Source of the DNA: a virus
Strand: one strand, 5' to 3'
IMG/VR virus record: IMGVR_UViG_3300023196_003068
Coordinates: 10,409-74,408 of that record
Length of the DNA stretch: 64,000 nucleotides
The translations under genes and the position numbers were made by a program. Each line of letters begins with the position of its first letter. Within the stretch, counting starts at the first letter, position 1. Below, piece by piece: positions 46,430 to 55,400 of the stretch. The notes beneath the pieces were generated by a model. It searched no databases and was not told the DNA's origin. It was given only the letters and a program-made list of their open reading frames with translations.

Positions 46430-49400
46430 TAGTGTAATTGTGTTAAACTATATCCTGCTTTTTCTAAAAGCCTTCTTTGTTTATTAGTCATCGTATGCTC
46501 AGAACCTTTCTCCATTCCGGTAGCACCTTTAATTAATCCTCCGTATTTAGCCCAATTATCATTCATTGGACCTGTATAATTATAAAATTGACCTTGATTA
46601 AATGAGCCAATATCTCCCGTTCCTGGAAGAACGTTCGCTCCTCTCTTATAAGGAATATCCTTTCTTAGATTATAAGCATGATATCCTTCATCCATATCCT
46701 TTTCGTGGCGCGTTAGATTTTCAAGAGCCCTTTGCTTAGCAGCTTCTGGACTATTTGCATCTCGATATTCATTCATTTGATCTAAAAATCCTTTGAATTG
46801 ATGCCCAAAAGGTATTAATCCTTCTCGCGTAAATTGATCCATATTAAAATCCCATCCACCTTGGTCTGAAAATTCACCACCACTATTAAACTTCAAGCGT
46901 TTAGGATCCCATTTAAAAGGACTTCCATATATTTGACCGCCATAATATTTCTTTTCTAAATTAGGCTCCCAATTAGGGTAATCGTAAGGGCTATATCCTC
47001 CCTCTGGCGATGCTTCTTGATTAATATAATCATCTACGGCATCTGCTAAAGCCGGGTTGTTTAAATAATCCTGCATTGTTGTATTAGTTTCCAATAAAGC
47101 TTTTTGTAAAGCTTCTTCTGAATTTGGATTGGTTCGCTTTGGATTCATGGTGCTTGCTCCCGGCTTTGATGGGGGTTGTCGAATCGCAGGATCAACATAT
47201 TGACCACTTGGATATTCTTCTCCTGGTTGTAATTGAGATTGATTATTTTCATCAGCCCAAACAAACCCATCACCAATTGGAATCTTACGTCTAGTATCAC
47301 TTGAAGGAGCTTGATTTGCTCCCTGACGCATTGGGTTTTCGGCATTTCTTGCCCTTCTCTCATCTCCACGCCTACCAAGATATCGCCGCTGTCTAGATTC
47401 AGGCTGTTGTTGTTGCTGTTGTTGCTCTTGAACATTAGATACCTCTTCAACATTTGTATGTGGATACTCTTTAGCTTCTGCTTCACTTGCCGTCATTTGC
47501 TCTTTCCCTCTTGGTGTTGTAGCGATTACCATTTGTTCTTGAGAACTATTAGTCGCGACATTAGGATTATTAACGGGAACGTCAAGATATCCATCAAACA
47601 TTGGAATTCTTTCCATTTGTTGTTCAGGAGCATTTGAAGGATCCTGTGGTTTATTTGGGTCTTGAGTATCCCCTGGTCGTTGTATAAGACGCGTATTATA
47701 ACGAGTTCCTATTTGCTTTTTGTTTCCAAAGATGTTAACCTTGTCTTGACCTTTACGTCTTCCGAATCGTTTCTGCTTCCATAAAGGATCTTCAGAAACA
47801 ATTTCATGAGTCTTTCCTATTGCACTTCTGAATTCTTCAAACGTTTTGTCTGAGAAATCCCCAATCCCTTTAAAGCTATTCCTAGAATTTCTACTGAAAG
47901 CCCCAAGCATATTGGCAGCTGGTTGCATTCCCCACCGTTGATTATAATATCCACCTGACCTAGGGCTACCATGTGCATTCCATCCTCTATAGTATTGATC
48001 TCTATTATTATTATACCCTTGTTGATTTCGTATATCATATACATCATTTGGATCCCAAGAACCAAGATTACGATTCCTTCTCATGTAATCTTCATATTCG
48101 GCTTGTTCCTCTGGAGATACTTCTCCTCTACTAAGTCTAGCACCGTATCGATCTTCTGGGCTCCAATGGCCGCGATTTGGATCATAGTGCTTATATTCCT
48201 GCCCCTCATAAGCCATAGGTAAGTCATACTCACCACCATCAGCATATGAATCAATCTCTCCTCCATAAACTTTTTTTCCGGGAGAGACTATGCGATGGCT
48301 AGGGTTGGGTTGTAAAAATTTAGCAATTGCTTCTTTTTCTTCTGGACTATATCTAGTATCATCCACAAAACCAACATCCTTTTTAACTATATTCGGATCG
48401 TTCCTTAAGTCTCTTTCAAGTCTTGATATTTCAGAAGGAGTATATGTATCTGCCTTGCTTTGAACATTTTTAAAATTAAGCAGCTTATCAAGCTCTTTTT
48501 TGCTTGTACCATACTTGCTACTTAAGGCATCATCTAAATTTTCTGCCATTTCTTTAAAGGTTTTACTTCCATAAAATTCTTTAAAGCCTTCATCCTTTAT
48601 AAACCAATTTTTATTATTATGGGTACTAGAATGACCTCCATAAACTTGCCATTTACCTCCCGTACCTTTCTTTGCCCAATTTGTTGATTTATAAAACATC
48701 TCGGAAGAACCATCAGGCATTTTTACTTCTACAATCGGCCTTCCTTTATATGTGCCATGATACTCAATTAAATCTTTATGCAACAATTGTTTTCCAGAGG
48801 CTCCCGTTTTATCCCACATTTGACCCCTTAATTTTAGGCCTTCTAATACTTCAGGAACATCATCGACATGGGCACTCATTGGTCCAGAAAATGAAACACC
48901 TTCTGAAACACCTTTACTTTCTGCAACTAAAAAATCATCAACAAGAGCTTGTCGTTTCATTTGTTTAGCTAAAAACTTATCAATAACAGATTGATCAACC
49001 TTTGGTGACTTAGCCGCATCATCTCCACCAGCTAAAAAATCATCAACAACAGATTGCTTAACCTTTGGTGACTTAACTGCATCGTCTCCTGCAGCTAAAA
49101 ACTTATCAATAGTAGATTGCTTAACCTTCCCTGATTTAAGGGCATAGTCAATACTCCTAGCATCAAGTTCTCCCGGATTCTCTAAAAACTTTGCAATTGT
49201 TTTTTGTTCTTTAGGACTAAAACCCTTGAGAGGGTTTCCTGAAAATGGATTGGGTAGACTCCTAGGTTTTAAACCTTTCAAAGCCTGATTGAAAGTTTTA
49301 GCCCCCCTCCCTATATTTCCTAAAAAAGGAATAAGATTTAATCCTGCTGTAAGATAGTCCCCATCTTTTGTTGCTAAATCAGCGTTACTAGCCCATTTTA

Positions 49401-51078
49401 AAGGGTTGCTCATTTCATTAGCAAAAGTAAGTGGATTATACTCTGATCCAAATGGTGTATGTCCTGCATGAAGCATCGCATTGTAATTAGAGGGCATATT
49501 CCCTATCCCCCCACCTGAAATTGAATATTTAGCAGCAGCCATTGGGTTAGTAATAATATCTGTAAATCTTTCCCAACCATCTCTTTCTGGTGCAGTTTTT
49601 ACACTTCCTCGATTTGCATCAAAATGAGATTGAGTATCGTAATACTTAGCCAAATCCGCATCACCTATAATAGTACCTTCCTTTGTTAGGCCTCCAGGAT
49701 CTTGCCACTTACCACTAGCAATCTGATTACGTGCTATTGCGGCTTTTGAATATTGTTCAGCCATGCCAGAATGTATAGGGTCTGCTTCTAATAATGGCGG
49801 TGTAATACTTGTTGATTCAGATACAGCTGTATAATCTGAATCTAAATAAGGGTCTTCTCTATTTAAAAGTTTATTCTTTAAATAGGATGAGGTCTTTGGT
49901 TTTTTTACCAAAGGTCTTGAAATACTAGCACCTTTAAGTCTTCCTTTTCCTTTCTTTTTCTTTTCATCCTCTTCGCCCCCATCAGCATATGCTTTAGGTT
50001 CAAACATACCTTCTGATTGGCCGTAACTATTTGTAAGATTATTTTTAACATAGTTAGCGTGCATGTATTTTGTAATAGCATCGCTTAATCCATTAGCATA
50101 TCCCACAGTACTAGACTTATCCAAAGAGCTTTCGTCTGTTTTTCCTCCTGCCTCATATGCCTTAATTCTCTCCCTCTTTATCTTATTGAAGTCCTTCTTC
50201 ATTCCACCAAGCATAGCCATTTGCAAACCTTCGGGATGTCCATCTGTACCTAAATTATCTTGCTCATTCTGAACAGCAGTTGCCATTTCTTGAACCATCG
50301 TTTTCTGCTCTTCAGGCTTTGCCTTTTTAAGAGCATCCATAATCTCTTCGGGCTTTACTCCAGATATTTGAGAAAATGCTATAATTAATTGCTTTAGCTG
50401 TTCCTCTTGAGACTCACCGCTTATTGTTTGAGACTCACCGCCTTGTGCCATCATGGGGGGCTGGCCTCCTTGTTGAGGGGGAGCACCTTCCTGCCCTTGA
50501 CCACCTTGCATAATTTGTTGCATAACCTGTTGAACTTGTTCTTCGGGCATGCCTAATTGAACTAAAACTTGGGCTACTGCTTCAGGGGGAACACCTTGCT
50601 CCATTAAAGCTTGAGCTATCTGCATAGGGTCTGCTCCCTCTTCAGCCATTTGTTGAGCCATCTGCATTACTTGTTGCATTGGATCACCACCACCTTGAGG
50701 TTGACCCTCTGGAGCTTGGCCTCCATTAGCCATTTCAGAATCAGCCATAACACTTCCATCCGGCATCTGATGATGTCCTTCGGGAACACCCCCTTCTTGT
50801 GGGGGAGGCCCTCCTTCTTGTTGTGCGCCCTGCATAACTTGTTCCATAACTTGCATTACCTGTTCTTCAGGTATACCTAGCTGTGTAAGAACTTGAGCCA
50901 CTATCTCTGGAGGGAGTCCTTGCTGTAGTAAAGTTTGTGCAATTTGCATAGGATCGGCACCTTCTTCTGCCATCTGCTGTGCAGCTTGCATAACTTGAGC
51001 TAATTGATCCTCTCCACCTTGAGGCTGCCCTTGAGGTGCCTCCATTCCTTCCTGTGCTTTTTTTAACTTTCTTTTCAT
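46429..51078 (-). CDS. Modular low-complexity internal virion protein with many xxGG motifs
   Basis: 1549 aa; duplicated Q/M-rich helical unit, MANGG/MAQGG/YEAGG/YADGG/YYGG/FNSGG/AKYGG motifs, internal repeats; no Cys seen. Confidence 0.7.
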   Translation of the reverse strand: MKRKLKKAQEGMEAPQGQPQGGEDQLAQVMQAAQQMAEEGADPMQIAQTLLQQGLPPEIVAQVLTQLGIPEEQVMQVMEQVMQGAQQEGGPPPQEGGVPEGHHQMPDGSVMADSEMANGGQAPEGQPQGGGDPMQQVMQMAQQMAEEGADPMQIAQALMEQGVPPEAVAQVLVQLGMPEEQVQQVMQQIMQGGQGQEGAPPQQGGQPPMMAQGGESQTISGESQEEQLKQLIIAFSQISGVKPEEIMDALKKAKPEEQKTMVQEMATAVQNEQDNLGTDGHPEGLQMAMLGGMKKDFNKIKRERIKAYEAGGKTDESSLDKSSTVGYANGLSDAITKYMHANYVKNNLTNSYGQSEGMFEPKAYADGGEEDEKKKKGKGRLKGASISRPLVKKPKTSSYLKNKLLNREDPYLDSDYTAVSESTSITPPLLEADPIHSGMAEQYSKAAIARNQIASGKWQDPGGLTKEGTIIGDADLAKYYDTQSHFDANRGSVKTAPERDGWERFTDIITNPMAAAKYSISGGGIGNMPSNYNAMLHAGHTPFGSEYNPLTFANEMSNPLKWASNADLATKDGDYLTAGLNLIPFLGNIGRGAKTFNQALKGLKPRSLPNPFSGNPLKGFSPKEQKTIAKFLENPGELDARSIDYALKSGKVKQSTIDKFLAAGDDAVKSPKVKQSVVDDFLAGGDDAAKSPKVDQSVIDKFLAKQMKRQALVDDFLVAESKGVSEGVSFSGPMSAHVDDVPEVLEGLKLRGQMWDKTGASGKQLLHKDLIEYHGTYKGRPIVEVKMPDGSSEMFYKSTNWAKKGTGGKWQVYGGHSSTHNNKNWFIKDEGFKEFYGSKTFKEMAENLDDALSSKYGTSKKELDKLLNFKNVQSKADTYTPSEISRLERDLRNDPNIVKKDVGFVDDTRYSPEEKEAIAKFLQPNPSHRIVSPGKKVYGGEIDSYADGGEYDLPMAYEGQEYKHYDPNRGHWSPEDRYGARLSRGEVSPEEQAEYEDYMRRNRNLGSWDPNDVYDIRNQQGYNNNRDQYYRGWNAHGSPRSGGYYNQRWGMQPAANMLGAFSRNSRNSFKGIGDFSDKTFEEFRSAIGKTHEIVSEDPLWKQKRFGRRKGQDKVNIFGNKKQIGTRYNTRLIQRPGDTQDPNKPQDPSNAPEQQMERIPMFDGYLDVPVNNPNVATNSSQEQMVIATTPRGKEQMTASEAEAKEYPHTNVEEVSNVQEQQQQQQQPESRQRRYLGRRGDERRARNAENPMRQGANQAPSSDTRRKIPIGDGFVWADENNQSQLQPGEEYPSGQYVDPAIRQPPSKPGASTMNPKRTNPNSEEALQKALLETNTTMQDYLNNPALADAVDDYINQEASPEGGYSPYDYPNWEPNLEKKYYGGQIYGSPFKWDPKRLKFNSGGEFSDQGGWDFNMDQFTREGLIPFGHQFKGFLDQMNEYRDANSPEAAKQRALENLTRHEKDMDEGYHAYNLRKDIPYKRGANVLPGTGDIGSFNQGQFYNYTGPMNDNWAKYGGLIKGATGMEKGSEHTMTNKQRRLLEKAGYSLTQLH
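48925..49130 (-). repeat. 63-bp coding tandem repeat (about 3 copies)
   Basis: KVKQSTIDKFLAAGDDAVKSP / KVKQSVVDDFLAGGDDAAKSP / KVDQSVIDKFLAK. Confidence 0.85.
50505..51030 (-). repeat. Duplicated ~67-aa Q/M-rich domain
   Basis: QPQGG.D...QVMQ.AQQMAEEGADPMQIAQ.L..QG.PPE.VAQVL.QLG.PEEQV.QVM.Q.MQG occurs twice. Confidence 0.9.
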
Positions 51079-51143
51079 ATCTACTCTCTTATATATAAGA
51101 TACTGAATTTTATCGAACTTTATTAACTAAAAAATGTTTAGGA

Positions 51144-52406
51144 TTATGTGAGTGTCCAAATACCATCTGCGTTTTGTTTCCATTCTCCTCCTTGAGAAAA
51201 GGGTTCAAATTTTTGAGGAGGAGGGAATGTTTTATTTTGTTTAGCCCAAGCTTCTCTTTCTTTCGTGTTTTTAACTCCTGGATAATCAGCAGGAACTACA
51301 GCTTCGATCCAAGAGTTAGTTTTAGCATCCCAAAACTTAGCCTTACTGTAAAGATCATCCTGGACTATAACACTATTATCTGGAGCTGTAGGTTTGGCAT
51401 ATATAGGATAAACATCCGTAACTCCCGCAAATTCAGTTCTATATGTATCAGGCTTATATCCTTGAGTATAACGCTTATCATCAAACTCACCCGATCCTGT
51501 GTAGTCTTCCTTTCTGGGGATATATGTATCAGGATTAGTTCCGCCAGGTCCAAGCGGAGAGAAGTCTTCATTGTCCAAATCTTCATACCAACCCCATTTG
51601 CTATTATAGTTATTTGTTATGTATGTAGGGTTATTTCTGCTCATCTCAACACTATTCTTTATGTCCTCATCTGTAATGTTTGGGTATACAGATTTTATGT
51701 AATCGTAATCTAATTCGTCCTCGATAAGAGATGTCCAAGGTTTCTTCCATTTACCTCGATTATAATCTTGACTATACCATCTGGAGAAGAAATCATCATA
51801 TATCTTACCTGATTCAAGATACTTAATAGGAACATACTTATTCCATGATTCATCAGGCCTTTCTAAGCTAAACTTATAGTCTTTTCGAGTTACAGGAAAA
51901 TTCCTCAAGCCATGCATACTCACACCTCTATCTCTAAAATATTGTTCGACTTGATCACCAAGACCTTGACTCTCCTCAAAAGAAGATACATATCTATTAA
52001 ATCTAGGGATACTGTAAGATTTTTTGTTGATTTCGGTGCTCAGGTAGGGGAAATTTTCTGGGCGTAAAATGTAATCTTCCCTTTCTTTAGCATCAAGGTA
52101 ATTATCATTTTCGTTAGTATACTCTTTTAATTGTTCTTCATAAGCTTTACGTCTAGGATCGTTCTTGTTTAACTCATCAAATGTGGTAGACCTAGGTGTT
52201 GTTTTCTTTAAATCGGTCTCATCATACTTGTTGATGAATGACTTTTTAAGTTTTCTATCTCTACGTCTTTTACCTTTACCATGCTTCTTGCCCCCATGAG
52301 GATATTTATCCACATCTTGAGTCCAAATACCATCTGCGTTTTGTTTCCATTCTCCTCCGTTAGGATACTTGCATAATGGCGCGAATACTTTTCTGTTCAA
52401 ACTCAT
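51144..52406 (-). CDS. Hypothetical putative cargo protein bracketed by GGEWKQNADGIWT repeats
   Basis: 420 aa; TAATG overlap with the muzzle gene; YPNGG, YPHGG and FSQGG motifs. Confidence 0.7.
   Translation of the reverse strand: MSLNRKVFAPLCKYPNGGEWKQNADGIWTQDVDKYPHGGKKHGKGKRRRDRKLKKSFINKYDETDLKKTTPRSTTFDELNKNDPRRKAYEEQLKEYTNENDNYLDAKEREDYILRPENFPYLSTEINKKSYSIPRFNRYVSSFEESQGLGDQVEQYFRDRGVSMHGLRNFPVTRKDYKFSLERPDESWNKYVPIKYLESGKIYDDFFSRWYSQDYNRGKWKKPWTSLIEDELDYDYIKSVYPNITDEDIKNSVEMSRNNPTYITNNYNSKWGWYEDLDNEDFSPLGPGGTNPDTYIPRKEDYTGSGEFDDKRYTQGYKPDTYRTEFAGVTDVYPIYAKPTAPDNSVIVQDDLYSKAKFWDAKTNSWIEAVVPADYPGVKNTKEREAWAKQNKTFPPPQKFEPFSQGGEWKQNADGIWTLT
51154..51191. repeat. 38-bp perfect direct repeat, copy 1
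   Basis: GTCCAAATACCATCTGCGTTTTGTTTCCATTCTCCTCC, identical to 52321-52358. Confidence 0.95.
52321..52358. repeat. 38-bp perfect direct repeat, copy 2
   Basis: Identical to 51154-51191; offset 1167 bp = 389 codons. Confidence 0.95.
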
Positions 52407-55400
52407 TATCTTGGGCTTATTTGAACTTTCGTATTAGAAAGCAATAACATCATTTTTTTATTTCCGGATACAGTCCTTCTTAATAATAACCTTGTGTTAT
52501 TATGCCTAAACTTTTTACGTTGAAACTCATGCTTGACATAATTTAAGTTATTAGGATTTAAGTCAGTAACATAACCATTAGGTTTTGTATACCAAATAGT
52601 ATTATTTGCAATGCTATATTCACCCCGATCTTTAGTAACATCCCAAAATTGGTTGAATCTATATTTCTGCTCCTCCTTTGAGTAAAGAATATCAATATTA
52701 TTTAATCCTACTATAGGATATTCCACTAAGCTTGATACATTATTCTTTGGCTCAAGATTTAACTTTAACAATCCAGAAACCTGTTCCGAGTTATATATTA
52801 TTGCTTCATCAAAATTGAAATCTAATACATGAAACCTATCCCTACAGTTTTCTGAAAACTCATAAGCCTGCATTAAGTATTCAACATTACGCAATGTAAC
52901 AACCGTTGGTGTAGTATCTACCTGAAAGCCCACCTCAAACGGATAGTCTTCCCCATAGAAATTACAATAACTATCGCATCGATCATTATGCCTCCATATA
53001 CCATCATCCTTTATAGTAAGGAATGTATTCTTTCCTGACATGTGTAGATTTGGATGCCAATCGTGATGTGAGATATATTCACCAGTATCTGCATCAAAAC
53101 TAACAGTCCATGAAGCATCATCGAAGTATAAAGGATTTCCTATTTGCACATTTGTAATCTGATCGACTACAAAAATACCATTCCCCTTGTAAACCATCTT
53201 GTTTAACCATTCGGGTTTTGCCCTAAAGTCTCGTTTACAAAAGTAAATAAAGCCCCACTCGTTATCATATATCGTTTGACATCCGACACCGGAGACAGGA
53301 TTATCTAATAAATCGTAATCGGGAAAATTAATTAGTATCTGATAAGGCAGGTACTGATTAAACCAATACTTGTTGTGCTTTACTGTTAGCTCCTGTAGAG
53401 CTTTACCAACTTTAAAAACCTTCCCTTGTTCCTGACTTATATAGAATAAACCATGAGGTGTATTTACAGCACCCCTCCTACTTTGACATGAACCATATTC
53501 TAATTCTTTATCAGTATTTGATATACGTTGCATTTCTCTAGCAAACAAACCTCCATCACCAACTGTTATGGTTGTGCCGCTTTTAAGTTGTAGCTCATCA
53601 GTTCCTGGATACATTCCAGGCGCTTGATTCTGAAATAGAATCATAATTCCTGTAGAGCTTACAGCCTTGATTGTAGTAACATTACTTGCAAAGTCTTTGA
53701 AATTATTACCTAAGAATGCACTCCAATTATCTCGCTTCAACAATGTTTGCTGTGGAAGTGAGTACTGTAACCTTCTTGGATAATACGTATAGCATGTTTC
53801 AGCCTTTTGAGGATTGTACTCACGATCTTGCATCTGCCCCCAACTAACTTTGCTAAATGGAAGAGTATAAACCGATAAGCTCCTATCTAAACTGTAATAG
53901 TTACCAGCCCTAATGTTTTTAGGATGAAACATTGCTCTTAAATCCTGCAATGCTGCCCAATGCTTTTTCTCATTATCATCCTCCCAATCACGCATATCAA
54001 TATTTAATTCCGACTCAACAAAGAAATCTCTTACGCTTGAGTGGAATAAATAAATAAAGGATTCTTTTGTGGTAAAAAATCCTCCTGCTGGATTACCATA
54101 ATCATAAAGTTTATCAAAGCATGCTTTATCTGAAGGAGTAACTAAATTTTGGAAAAATGCCGCCATACCTCCTCCAGTAAACATACCACTAATTGAGTTT
54201 ATAACACTATTGATAAATTCTGTTGTATCAAAAGGTTCTGTATCCATCCAAAATGCCGTATGCTGCAGGGCATCATATAAATGATAATTAAACTCAGCAC
54301 GATCCTTCTGCCCTAAAAGCCATTGATAGAAATGATAAAAGGTATTTTTCTCCTGGTATCTGCCAATATAGATATCACCTCCAAAAATTATAGGTGTATT
54401 TACTTCCTCAATAGGAATAACACAATTACTTGCCGGTATCTGTTGTACGCTATACACCTGACCATATTGACTTCTTAATCTACTTTTAAATGCAACATAA
54501 TGACTTGATGCATTCTTTACAAACTTATTAAGATAATTTGTGTTTCCTAAATCTGATATTCGTATGCCTGACATTGTAGTATCTGTCAAACCGCCTGTTA
54601 TATTTTGAGCATTTATAGTGGTTTCAAGGGCTACAGTATTAGGTCTTAATACATTATTAATAAGACGATCATCCTTGAAATTCTGCATATCGCTTCCCAA
54701 GTATATAGCTTCATCTATAATGCGTCGTCTACAATCTAGATAAGGATGTGCAAAGTTTTCATATCCACAATGAGCTTGATACTGTAATGCAAATTGTCTT
54801 GTACTACTGGCCTTACTGATAATGTCCATGGTAAGATCCGCAGCCTCTGTTACATCGGCAACAAAAGCAGGAATCCTTTCTATTGCTTTTAATATATCAG
54901 GGATTTGTGTTCTATCGACTCTTCTTACTTCTCCACCACCTGTAGTAATACCAGATCCCTGGTTGCTATTCTGACCATGAGCTGTGTCAAAAAGTGCCTC
55001 TTCTTGTATATTTCCTGTTTCTGATCCTATTACAGCATCAACACCATCAAGACCTTGACTTCTATTTTCATCCCCTAATACTATTTGATTATCAATATTT
55101 TGAACACTGACTTGCGATCCTGGTGGAGGAAAATTAGTATTAGCAGTTTGACTTGTATAACCATATGCATAGGAAGAAGTATTACCACCTCCTATAATTT
55201 GCGGATACTGATAAAAAGTAGGTCTTCCCCAAGACTTTTCAACTATCCCTGAATACTTTGTTATAGCGTATCCAACGCCTATGATTACACCAACTATAAA
55301 CGCAATGTCAGTAACAAATACATGTTTTGGATGCCCATCTACTTCTAAATAACCAGCCTCAGCTTTCCCAAATGCAATGCCCGAAAATTTTAATTCCTTC

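Noticed and set aside
51154-52358. IS element or DGR template/variable repeat pair
   Set aside because: No transposase, terminal inverted repeats or reverse transcriptase; the two copies are identical, without adenine-specific mismatches.
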